This document shows, one piece after another, positions 43,394 through 52,078 of a DNA stretch of 64,000 bases. The DNA lies in contig CACAUR010000003.1 of NCBI GenBank assembly GCA_902535745.1, positions 8,747 to 72,746 on the forward strand. The letters are read 5' to 3'. The first letter of the stretch is position 1, and each line of letters opens with the position of its first letter. Origin of the DNA: an uncultured Pelagibacteraceae bacterium (GTDB lineage: Bacteria > Pseudomonadota > Alphaproteobacteria > Pelagibacterales > Pelagibacteraceae). The position numbers and the translations under genes are program-made. The notes under the pieces are model-generated. The model worked only from the letters and a program-made list of their open reading frames with translations, was not told where the DNA came from and ran no database searches.

Positions 43394-44164
43394 ATGAGAT
43401 TTACAATTCTAGGATGTGGAAGTTCAATGGGAGTACCAAGACCTGACGGTAACTTTGGAAATTGTAATCCTAACAATAAAAAGAATATAAGAACAAGATG
43501 TTCGGCAGTAATTCAGGGTAAGTCTTTAAATATAATTATAGACACCTCTCCAGATATGAGACAACAATTAATAAATAACAAGATCACTAATATTGATAAA
43601 GTTCTATTTTCTCATATGCATGCTGATCAAACTCATGGAATAAATGACTTAAGAGTTTTCTACTTAAAAAATAGAAAACCAGTAGACATTTATGCAGATT
43701 TACCAACACAGAAATATTTAAATAAAACTTTTTCTTATTGTTTTAAAAGTAATTCTCGTGAATATCCTGCAACTTTAAAAATGAATTCTGTTAAAAAAGA
43801 CCTCTATTTCAAAGATGGTCAAAAAAAAATTCACATTAGATCTCTTAAAGTAAAACACGGAAATGTTGACTGTACTTGTTATATAATTGATAAGAAATTG
43901 GCTTACATAAGTGATGTAAGTGACATAAACGAAAAAAAATTTAAATTATTAAAAAATTTAAAATATTTAGTAATTGATTGTTTGTGGTACAGAGAACATC
44001 CATCACATTTGAATTTAGATAAATCACTAAGATTAATTAATATTCTTTCGCCTAAAAAAGCTATTTTAACTAATCTGCATTCTGATTTAGATTATAACGA
44101 ATTAAAAAAGAAGCTTAAAAAAAATATTGTTCCTGCTTACGATGGAATGAAAATAAATCTATAA
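43394..44164 (+). CDS. MBL-fold metallohydrolase (PhnP-like)
   Basis: LGCGSSMGVP, IDTSPDMRQQ and SHMHADQTHG motifs. Confidence 0.88.
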   Translation: MRFTILGCGSSMGVPRPDGNFGNCNPNNKKNIRTRCSAVIQGKSLNIIIDTSPDMRQQLINNKITNIDKVLFSHMHADQTHGINDLRVFYLKNRKPVDIYADLPTQKYLNKTFSYCFKSNSREYPATLKMNSVKKDLYFKDGQKKIHIRSLKVKHGNVDCTCYIIDKKLAYISDVSDINEKKFKLLKNLKYLVIDCLWYREHPSHLNLDKSLRLINILSPKKAILTNLHSDLDYNELKKKLKKNIVPAYDGMKINL

Positions 44165-44704
44165 AAGGCTCTCAATTTTAGAAGTAATTTTTTTAGACAT
44201 AGGCTTTGTAAAAGAATTATATGTTTCTTCAATCTTGCCTTCTTTATTAATCAAAATTTTGTGAAAGTTCCACTTAGGTATAGCAGATTTACCATAATTT
44301 TTTTCTGCCCATTTAAATAATTCGTGAGAATTTTCACCTTTAACTTCAGTAATAGTTGTCATTGGAAAATTTATATTAAAATTTACTTCACAAAATTTCT
44401 TTACATCAGAATCTTCTTTTTTTTCTTGATTAAATGAATTTGACGGCACACCTAAGACAACTAAACCATCGGATTTATATTTTTCCCACAATGACTGTAG
44501 ATCATTGTATTGATTTGTAAATCCGCAGTAACTAGCAGTGTTTACTACTAACACTACTTTATTTTTGTAATCTTTAAGATCGATTTGTTCACCTGAGATA
44601 CTATTTATTTTAAAGTCAAAAAAAATTCTTTCATAGTTGGCTAAAACTTTATCTTTTGAAAAAAAAATCATAATTAAAATTATAAATAATGTTACTTTTT
44701 TCAC
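44159..44704 (-). CDS. Cys-type glutathione peroxidase family protein (exported)
   Basis: VNTASYCGFT, PSNSFNQE and KWNFHKIL motifs. Confidence 0.92.
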   Translation of the reverse strand: MKKVTLFIILIMIFFSKDKVLANYERIFFDFKINSISGEQIDLKDYKNKVVLVVNTASYCGFTNQYNDLQSLWEKYKSDGLVVLGVPSNSFNQEKKEDSDVKKFCEVNFNINFPMTTITEVKGENSHELFKWAEKNYGKSAIPKWNFHKILINKEGKIEETYNSFTKPMSKKITSKIESLL

Positions 44705-44708
44705 AACG

Positions 44709-45884
44709 TTACCTTTTGTCAGGTGTAAGTAATATTAAAAAATATCCTGCCAATGTCGAAAGTAAAGACCCTGTTAAAACACCAATCTTTACTCCATCCA
44801 TATATTGAGCATTCTCAACGAATGCTAAATTTCCAACAAATAAACTCATAGTAAATCCAATTCCAGTCAGTATACCTACACCATAAAAATTATACCAGCT
44901 TGAGTTCCCTGGCATTTGTGCAATCTTTAATTTAATTGATACATAAGAAAAAACAAAAACTCCTAATTGTTTACCAACAAATAAACCTAATACTATTCCT
45001 AAAGGTACTTTGTCTAATAAAGATGAAAGAGATAATCCTTCTAATGAAACTCCAGCATTAGCAAAAGCAAATAATGGCATTATTCCAAATGCAACATAAG
45101 GACTGATTGCATGTTCAATCTTTATTAATAATGAGAAGTCTTTTCCTTTTTTTCTGTGTGGAATAGTCATTGCGAGCAAAACACCAGCTATAGTAGCGTG
45201 TATTCCTGAATTATGCGTAAAATCCCATAATAAAACACCAATCAGTAAATAGGGGAAGAATACTTTTATATTAAATTTGTTTATTACTAAAAGAATTATA
45301 AATGCTACTAGCATTAAAGATAAATACATTACATTTAAGTCTCCAGAATAAAATAAAGCTATAATTAATATTGCGCCTAAATCGTCTATAATTGCTAATG
45401 CTGTAAGAAAAACTTTTAATGATAAAGGAACTCTTTTACCTAAAAGAGATAAAACTCCTAATGAAAAGGCAATATCTGTTGCCGAAGGTATAGCCCAACC
45501 ATTTATAGTTTCAGGATCTCCAAAATTTATTACTACATAGAATAGCGCAGGAACAACCATTCCACCTACAGCTGCTATAATTGGTAATAATGCCTGTTTG
45601 ATGTTAGAAAGCTCACCTTGTAAAAATTCTCTTTTTATTTCAAGAGTTACAAAAAAAAAGAAGATTGCCATTAAGGCATCATTAATCCAATGTAAGACAG
45701 ATAATTTAAGCCCAAAGTTGTTAATACCAATGAATAGATATTTATTTAATGTATCAAAATAAAGACTAGATAATTCAGAGTTACTAATTATCAATGCTAA
45801 AATAGCACTGATAAGTAGGACTAAACCACTTGCGGCTTCTAATTTAAAAAACCATTTAAATGGTGAGGAAATATATCTAAACAT
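44709..45884 (-). CDS. nhaA: Na+/H+ antiporter
   Basis: WINDALMAIFF, GWAIPSATDIAF, AIIDDLGA and GIGFTMSLF motifs. Confidence 0.97.
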   Translation of the reverse strand: MFRYISSPFKWFFKLEAASGLVLLISAILALIISNSELSSLYFDTLNKYLFIGINNFGLKLSVLHWINDALMAIFFFFVTLEIKREFLQGELSNIKQALLPIIAAVGGMVVPALFYVVINFGDPETINGWAIPSATDIAFSLGVLSLLGKRVPLSLKVFLTALAIIDDLGAILIIALFYSGDLNVMYLSLMLVAFIILLVINKFNIKVFFPYLLIGVLLWDFTHNSGIHATIAGVLLAMTIPHRKKGKDFSLLIKIEHAISPYVAFGIMPLFAFANAGVSLEGLSLSSLLDKVPLGIVLGLFVGKQLGVFVFSYVSIKLKIAQMPGNSSWYNFYGVGILTGIGFTMSLFVGNLAFVENAQYMDGVKIGVLTGSLLSTLAGYFLILLTPDKR

Positions 45885-45887
45885 GCA

Positions 45888-46352
45888 TTATTTTATCAAA
45901 TTTTGGAAAAAAAGAGAAATATCTATTATAGACTGGTACAAATTGTCTAAATATTTTTCAGCAAAAGGAATGTATTCAGAAATTTGTACTAAAAAGGTTT
46001 CTACTACCAAAATAAAAGCAACAAAGGAAATAATAAAAACCAAAAGAAGCTTAAAAAAATTAACTTGTTTAGTTTTTTGTTTTTTACTAGTTTTAGGTTT
46101 TTCTAATTCAACTGCTTTATCTTCGTCAATTACATCATCATCATCATCATATTTATCTTCTATAATACCAAATGATTCTTGAGCCAACTCTTCGTCAGGT
46201 ATTTCAACATTAGTTTCATTAATCGTGTTTATATTTTTTGAGTAAAACCACTCTCTGTCACATTCACCACATTGTAGTAGCCTACCTTTAGCTGGAATAA
46301 GTTCGTCTTTAACACTGAATTTTTTTTTACCGCAGGGACAATCAATAATCAT
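45888..46352 (-). CDS. MJ0042-type zinc-ribbon bitopic membrane protein (ZitP-like architecture)
   Basis: N-terminal CPC...CGEC..W, acidic linker, one TM helix. Confidence 0.75.
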   Translation of the reverse strand: MIIDCPCGKKKFSVKDELIPAKGRLLQCGECDREWFYSKNINTINETNVEIPDEELAQESFGIIEDKYDDDDDVIDEDKAVELEKPKTSKKQKTKQVNFFKLLLVFIISFVAFILVVETFLVQISEYIPFAEKYLDNLYQSIIDISLFFQNLIK

Positions 46353-46447
46353 GGGTCTTATATACCAGATTTTTATTAAATTTCTTTTAAATTTGCGCTC
46401 CTTTATCCTTTGAAAAAGCTAATATCTACTGTAATAGTATTCAAATT

Positions 46448-46524
<77 letters not shown>

Positions 46525-46528
46525 TATT

Positions 46529-46813
46529 ATGAAAAAAAAAGCTAAAATTTACAAACCAACAAAAAGCTCAATGCAATCAGGCTTAATGAAAACTAAAGAA
46601 TGGGTATTGGAATATATTGTACATAACGAGCAAATAAATCCATTGATGGGATGGCAAAGCTCATCAAATACATTGTCAGAAATTAAGATGACCTTTAATT
46701 CTAAAGATGATGCAATTGATTATGCAAAAAAAAATAAGATAAATTATATAGTTGTCGAACCAAACAAAAGATCAATTGTAAAAAAATCTTATGCAGATAA
46801 TTTTTTAAAATAG
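46529..46813 (+). CDS. complex I accessory subunit (NDUFS4-like ETC complex I subunit)
   Basis: AKIYKP.KSSMQSG, NPLMGWQSS and KSYADNF motifs. The real ATG is at 46529; the ORF-track start lies inside the tRNA. Confidence 0.88.
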   Translation: MKKKAKIYKPTKSSMQSGLMKTKEWVLEYIVHNEQINPLMGWQSSSNTLSEIKMTFNSKDDAIDYAKKNKINYIVVEPNKRSIVKKSYADNFLK

Positions 46814-47806
46814 ATGTTTAAATTTTTCACAAATAAAAAATGGTCATCTTGGAGTATTTTTGGATCTTTATTAATACTTATATCTACATGGTATCAAGTG
46901 CAGCTTGATGTAATGATTAATGAATGGTTTGGTGAATTTTATGACACTTTACAAAAAGCATTAACAACACCCAATTCTGTGACTGAAAAAGAATTCATAT
47001 CATATCTCCTAACATTTGCTAAAATTGCTGGGGTATGGATGGTAATTTCTGTCGCAACTGATTACTTTACAAGTCATTGGACATTTAGATGGAGAACGGC
47101 AATGGCAGATTATTATCATGAGAACTGGTCAAAGGCTAGATTGACAGAAGGTGCTTCTCAGAGAGTTCAAGAAGATACTCTAAAGTTTGCAAGAATAATG
47201 GAAGGTCTTGGTGTTGAATTATTAAGAAGTTTGATGACCTTAATTGCTTTTTTGCCAATTTTATGGGGTCTATCAAAACAAATAACAATGCTTCCTTTTT
47301 TTGGAGAAGTTAATCATGCATTAGTTTGGGTGGCTATTATTTCTGCCTTAGGAGGAACAATATTACTTGCTGCTGTTGGCTTCAAATTACCTGGTATAGA
47401 ATATGATATCCAAAGAGAGGAAGCTGCCTATCGAAAGGAATTAGTATTGGGTGAAGATAATATTAAGAGAGCTGGAATAAGTAACGTAGACTCATTGTAT
47501 GGAAACGTAAGAAAAATACATTTCAAAATGTATTTTCATTATCTTTATTTTAATGCTGTTAAATGGAGTTACCTCCAAGGCATGGTTATTGTTCCTTATT
47601 TAGCTTTAGCTCCAACAATTGTTACTGGCGCAATCACTCTTGGATTTGTGCAACAAATTGCAAGGGCATTTAATAAAGTAGAAAACTCTTTACAATATTT
47701 AGTAAGAAGCTGGCCGATAATAGTTGAGTTAATATCAGTACAAAGAAGATTGTCTGAATTTGAAAGTAAATTAGAAAGAGCTACATTTGAACAAGAAAAA
47801 ATTTGA
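46814..47806 (+). CDS. sbmA: SbmA/BacA-family peptide transporter
   Basis: FRWRTAM, EGASQRVQEDT and EAAYRKELV motifs. Confidence 0.88.
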   Translation: MFKFFTNKKWSSWSIFGSLLILISTWYQVQLDVMINEWFGEFYDTLQKALTTPNSVTEKEFISYLLTFAKIAGVWMVISVATDYFTSHWTFRWRTAMADYYHENWSKARLTEGASQRVQEDTLKFARIMEGLGVELLRSLMTLIAFLPILWGLSKQITMLPFFGEVNHALVWVAIISALGGTILLAAVGFKLPGIEYDIQREEAAYRKELVLGEDNIKRAGISNVDSLYGNVRKIHFKMYFHYLYFNAVKWSYLQGMVIVPYLALAPTIVTGAITLGFVQQIARAFNKVENSLQYLVRSWPIIVELISVQRRLSEFESKLERATFEQEKI

Positions 47807-48756
47807 TGGATATTGATAAAGTTTTTCAGGATCAATTGATAAAAATTACTCAAGAAGCTGCTATTTCAGTTTATCCTCACCTAGGAAAAAACAATAAAAT
47901 CATTGCTGATGAAGCAGCAACTAATTCAATGAGAACTAACTTGAATAAAATGAACATCAGAGGAAATATTGTAATAGGTGAGGGCGAAATGGACAAAGCA
48001 CCTATGCTGTATATAGGAGAAAAAGTTGGCACTAAAAAAGGACCTGAATTTGATATTGCGGTCGATCCTTTAGAGGGAACAAATTTCGTGGCAAAAAATT
48101 TACCTGGAGCAATTTCAGTCATAGCAATTTCAAATAAAAATGATTTATTTAATGCGCCAGAGTCATACATGCAAAAAATTTCTTATCCGAAAAATATAGA
48201 TCACAATGCAATTGATTTAGATTTTTCGCTTAAAAAAAACTTATCTAATTTAGCAGACTCAAAAAATAAAAAATTTGAAAGTTTAAGAATTTGTGTTCTT
48301 GACAGACCAAGACATCAGAAAATTATCGATGAAGCTAAATCTTTAAAAATTGAAGTCAAACTAATTTCAGATGGAGATGTTTCAGGCGCATTACTTGTAA
48401 CAGAGGAAAAACATAATATTGATTTATTTCTAGGAACGGGTGGAGGACCTGAGGGCGTTTTAGCTGCTTCTGCTTTAGATACTTATGGCTGTGGTTTTCA
48501 AGGTAGATTTATATTTGATACAGATGAACTAAAGAAAAGAGCCAACAATATGGGTATAAATGATTTTGATAAGAAATATAAACTTGATGAAATTGTCAAA
48601 GGAGACAGTTTATTTTGTGCAACAGGGATTACAAAAGGCGATCTAGTAAATGGTGTAAAATTTAGAGACAATAAGATGGTTGTAAACACTTTGATAACTC
48701 ACAAAAGTCAAAATATGAAAAAAATTATAACTGGAGAAATAGATATAAAAAAATGA
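47803..48756 (+). CDS. glpX: class II fructose-1,6-bisphosphatase
   Basis: VIGEGEMDKAPMLYIGE, AVDPLEGT, DRPRH, DGDV and GGGPEGVL motifs. Confidence 0.95.
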   Translation: MMDIDKVFQDQLIKITQEAAISVYPHLGKNNKIIADEAATNSMRTNLNKMNIRGNIVIGEGEMDKAPMLYIGEKVGTKKGPEFDIAVDPLEGTNFVAKNLPGAISVIAISNKNDLFNAPESYMQKISYPKNIDHNAIDLDFSLKKNLSNLADSKNKKFESLRICVLDRPRHQKIIDEAKSLKIEVKLISDGDVSGALLVTEEKHNIDLFLGTGGGPEGVLAASALDTYGCGFQGRFIFDTDELKKRANNMGINDFDKKYKLDEIVKGDSLFCATGITKGDLVNGVKFRDNKMVVNTLITHKSQNMKKIITGEIDIKK

Positions 48757-50438
48757 TATCTATTTCCGGTAAAGAGTGGAAAGAATACAAAACACCCAAA
48801 CGTTTAATAGATAAATTATCAAGCGATTTTGATATTTCAGAAAATTTATCTAAGTTCTATTTATCACGCAATTTCAGTAAAGAAGATATTTTGATTAAAG
48901 AAATTACTGATAACAATCTAAATATTTTTTCTAAGAATAAAGACTTTTTATCAGCGTCTGAAATGATAGTTGATATTATTAAGAATAAACAAAAAACTTT
49001 AATATTTGGTGATTATGATGTGGATGGAATTTCTTCAATTACAATTCTATCAAGCTTCTTTAAATATTTGAATCATCCGTTCAAATATGTAATTCCGGAT
49101 AGATTTGTAGATGGTTATGGTCCAAATATAAGATTATTAGAGCAAAATTTAGATAAAGAAGTAGATAATATAATTTTTTTAGATTGTGGATCAAATTCTC
49201 ATGATGTTATTAGTTTTTTAAGGACGAAAAAAATTAAAACTATCATAGTAGATCATCATATTATAAATAATTTAGATATACCAAAATCAGATATTTTAAT
49301 AAATCCTGTAAAAAATTATCAAAAAAAAAATGACAATAATGTTTGTGCTGCAACTTTAACTTTTTTTTTAATAGATATAATAAATAAAAAATTAGATTCT
49401 AAATTTAAATTAAACGATTATTTAATTTATTGTTTAATATCCACCATTTGCGATGTAATGCCTTTAAGGGGTTTTAATAGAAAAATGCTAGCAATTGGTT
49501 TTAGAAACTTAATAGTTAAAAATAAAGGATTAAAAAAACTAATTAGCAATAATCTAAAAAAAAGAATAACTTATCAAGATATTGGATTTAATATAGGGCC
49601 ATTGATAAATTCTTCTGGAAGAATTGCTAAAGCCAATGATGTGGTTGAATTATTTCTTACTCAAAATGATGAAAAAATTGATAAGATATTAAATAAGATG
49701 AATATTCATAACCTAATAAGAAAAAGAATTGAACAAGAAAACTTGGACTTAATAGATTTTAAAAAATATTATAGTAAAAATGTAATATTTATTTACAATA
49801 AAAAATTTCATGAAGGTGTAATAGGTATACTTGCTGCAAAATTATCGAAGATATTTAACAAACCGTGTTTTGTAATGACCGAGTCTCATGACTTATTAAA
49901 ATGCTCAATAAGATCAGCAAATAATGCAAAAATTAGCAAGACTATAAATAAACTTATTGATAATAAATTGATAATCTCTGGAGGTGGCCACGATGAGGCT
50001 GGAGGCTTTTCTGCCAAAAAAGGATGTCTTTCTAATATAGAAGAATTTTTAAACAATGAATATAAAACTCTTAAAACAAGAAGATATTCATATTTTGACT
50101 CTTTTGCTATTTTCCCAAAAAAGAATAGCTCTATAGTTAGTGACTTAAAATCTTTAGAGCCATTTGGAAAGGAAAATCCTGAACCTATTTTCTATTTTAA
50201 AAATATAAAATCAATTAGATCTAAAATTATTAATAACAGACACGTTCAGAATATTTTAAAAAATAAAAGTGGAAGGTCTATAAAAAGTTTAAGTTTTGAC
50301 TGCGTCAATTCTGAACTAGGTAACTACTTGTTAAACTTTAAAAAAGAATTTGATTTAATTGCTTGTATAGTTGAAAATAATTGGAGTAACAAAAAATATT
50401 TGGAATTAAGAGTAATTGATATAATTCTTAAGACTTAA
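48753..50438 (+). CDS. recJ: single-stranded-DNA exonuclease RecJ
   Basis: FGDYDVDG, DCG, DHH, GGGH..AGG and LEPFG..NPEP motifs. Confidence 0.93.
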   Translation: MISISGKEWKEYKTPKRLIDKLSSDFDISENLSKFYLSRNFSKEDILIKEITDNNLNIFSKNKDFLSASEMIVDIIKNKQKTLIFGDYDVDGISSITILSSFFKYLNHPFKYVIPDRFVDGYGPNIRLLEQNLDKEVDNIIFLDCGSNSHDVISFLRTKKIKTIIVDHHIINNLDIPKSDILINPVKNYQKKNDNNVCAATLTFFLIDIINKKLDSKFKLNDYLIYCLISTICDVMPLRGFNRKMLAIGFRNLIVKNKGLKKLISNNLKKRITYQDIGFNIGPLINSSGRIAKANDVVELFLTQNDEKIDKILNKMNIHNLIRKRIEQENLDLIDFKKYYSKNVIFIYNKKFHEGVIGILAAKLSKIFNKPCFVMTESHDLLKCSIRSANNAKISKTINKLIDNKLIISGGGHDEAGGFSAKKGCLSNIEEFLNNEYKTLKTRRYSYFDSFAIFPKKNSSIVSDLKSLEPFGKENPEPIFYFKNIKSIRSKIINNRHVQNILKNKSGRSIKSLSFDCVNSELGNYLLNFKKEFDLIACIVENNWSNKKYLELRVIDIILKT

Positions 50439-50481
50439 TAACTTGATTAATTTTTTTTTTTACTCTAAAAGAGTGAAATTT

Positions 50482-50556
50482 GGTCCCTTCGTCTATCGGT
50501 TAGGACACATGGTTTTCATCCATGAAAGAGGGGTTCGATTCCCCTAGGGACCGCCA
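50482..50556 (+). tRNA. tRNA-Glu (TTC)
   Basis: GGTCCCTTCGTCTATCGGTTAGGACACATGGTTTTCATCCATGAAAGAGGGGTTCGATTCCCCTAGGGACCGCCA. Confidence 0.97.
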
Positions 50557-50609
50557 CTAGTAACTAGATACAGCAATAGTTATTTAAATAAATTAGCCCA
50601 AAAATTCTC

Positions 50610-50629
50610 TCTGGGCGCCCTGTGGGCGC
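50610..50629 (+). repeat. GC-rich 20-bp repeat, left copy (two TGGGCGC heptamers, 11-bp period)
   Basis: TCTGGGCGCCCTGTGGGCGC, 19/20 identical to 51674-51693. Confidence 0.9.
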
Positions 50630-50631
50630 TC

Positions 50632-50640
50632 TGATATAAT
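50632..50640 (+). promoter_or_regulatory. extended -10 promoter, probably giving a leaderless mRNA
   Basis: TG-A-TATAAT ends 6 nt before the ATG at 50647; no Shine-Dalgarno. Confidence 0.6.
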
Positions 50641-50646
50641 AAAATT

Positions 50647-51672
50647 ATGAAAAAACTTTTAACGATTATAATGTTAGGTTTAATTGTAGGTTGTGCGCCA
50701 ACTGCATATCAAACTAGAAGTGGAAAGTTTGAAATCCGAGTTGATCCTCTAGCAGGCACACCTCTAAATGAAATTAAAGCTGAAGCAAACAGGTTGTGTG
50801 CAGAAAAAAATATGATTGCAAAAAACGTGCGTAGAACTGGTGGCCATGCTTTGAATTGGTATTATTATGAATTTGATTGTAGAAAATCTGAAGCAACTTT
50901 GATTGCAGAAAAAAAAGCTGAGGAGGAGAGAAGAATTGCAGAAAAAAAGGAAAAAGAATCTGAAACTAAGAAAAAAGAGAGAGAAAATAATAGATTAGTG
51001 GCAGCAGCATCTGGAACAGGATTTTTTGTTTCAAAATCTGGTCATATTATAACAAATTATCATGTGATAGATGGATGTGATTTAAATAAACTTAATATCA
51101 ATGGTAACGAATATCAGACTAATACTTTAGCAGTTGATCAAATTAATGATCTTGCGATTTTAAAAACAAATTTAAGACCTAAAAAAGTTTATCCTATCTC
51201 AACAGATGATGTAACGTTACTAGAGGATGTAATAATTGCAGGATATCCATTAGGTAAAAAAATAAGCTCAGCTATAAAAACTTCAAAAGGAAGCATAACT
51301 GCATTAGCTGGTTACAAAGATAATTTTTCTGAATTTCAAACTGATGCAGCTCTCAATCAAGGTAATAGTGGTGGTCCAATAATGAATCAAAAAGGAAATG
51401 TAGTAGGCGTAGCTGTTGCGAACTACGGAAAGAGAGAAGGTGTAGAAAGTTTTAATTTTGGAATAAAAGCATCAACTTTAATAACTTTTGCAAATTCTAA
51501 CGGACTTAAATTTTTGTCACCAAATAAAAGAGATTTATCAAATAAAGACCTTGGTGAACTGATAACTAATGGAACAGTTTATTTAGAATGTTTTATGACT
51601 GTCGCAAAAATTAAACGTATGATTGCTGAGGCAGAAAACAAAAAAGCATTTTTTAGCGAATATGCAAATTAG
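50647..51672 (+). CDS. lipoprotein with a trypsin-like (S1) serine protease domain
   Basis: Lipobox LIVGC, charged coiled-coil linker, catalytic triad TNYHV / NDLAIL / GNSGGP. Confidence 0.9.
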   Translation: MKKLLTIIMLGLIVGCAPTAYQTRSGKFEIRVDPLAGTPLNEIKAEANRLCAEKNMIAKNVRRTGGHALNWYYYEFDCRKSEATLIAEKKAEEERRIAEKKEKESETKKKERENNRLVAAASGTGFFVSKSGHIITNYHVIDGCDLNKLNINGNEYQTNTLAVDQINDLAILKTNLRPKKVYPISTDDVTLLEDVIIAGYPLGKKISSAIKTSKGSITALAGYKDNFSEFQTDAALNQGNSGGPIMNQKGNVVGVAVANYGKREGVESFNFGIKASTLITFANSNGLKFLSPNKRDLSNKDLGELITNGTVYLECFMTVAKIKRMIAEAENKKAFFSEYAN

Positions 51673-51673
51673 T

Positions 51674-51693
51674 TCTGGGCGCCCTCTGGGCGC
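51674..51693 (+). repeat. GC-rich 20-bp repeat, right copy
   Basis: TCTGGGCGCCCTCTGGGCGC, separated from the protease stop codon by 1 bp. Confidence 0.9.
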
Positions 51694-51767
51694 AATTGAA
51701 ATCTATTTTTTGATTTTGAAGTCAAAAAAAGTTATAAAAAACAATGTTCATGATTCATGTAAAGGGT

Positions 51768-51791
51768 GTTCGATTCCCCTAGGGACCGCCA
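51768..51791 (+). repeat. attR-like duplicate of the tRNA-Glu 3' end
   Basis: Identical to 50533-50556 (T-arm, acceptor 3' strand and CCA). Degenerate similarity extends about 14 bp upstream. Confidence 0.92.
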
Positions 51792-51793
51792 TA

Positions 51794-52078
51794 ATGAAAT
51801 ACTTTGTATATTTATTAGTATCAAGAAAACACGGAAAACTTTTTTCTTATGTTGGGATTACTAACGACCTAAAAAAAAGGATTATTCTACATAATTCATC
51901 TAAAGGAGCTAAATATACGAGGGGAAAAAAATGGTATTTAGCCTATAAAAAATCTTACAATTCTAAATCAAAAGCCTTAAAAGAAGAATATCGTCTCAAA
52001 AAAGACAAAAAAAAGAGGGAAAAAATTAAATTAAATTTTAATTTAAAAAATGAAAATTTCTATTCTTTTACCTTATAA
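51794..52078 (+). CDS. GIY-YIG nuclease (UPF0213/YazA-like)
   Basis: YFVYLL...SYVGITNDL..RI..HN..KGAKYTRG...ALKEEYRLK. The real ATG is at 51794. Confidence 0.9.
   Translation: MKYFVYLLVSRKHGKLFSYVGITNDLKKRIILHNSSKGAKYTRGKKWYLAYKKSYNSKSKALKEEYRLKKDKKKREKIKLNFNLKNENFYSFTL

Larger units (their letters stand above)
50533..51791. mobile_element. non-autonomous single-gene integrative islet at the tRNA-Glu 3' end
   Basis: Exact 24-bp direct repeat GTTCGATTCCCCTAGGGACCGCCA at 50533-50556 and 51768-51791. It encloses one gene and no integrase. Confidence 0.85.

Noticed and set aside
51623-51793. N-terminal extension of ORF 51623..52078
   Set aside because: It runs through the protease 3' end, the repeat and attR. 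The GIY-YIG domain begins at ATG 51794.
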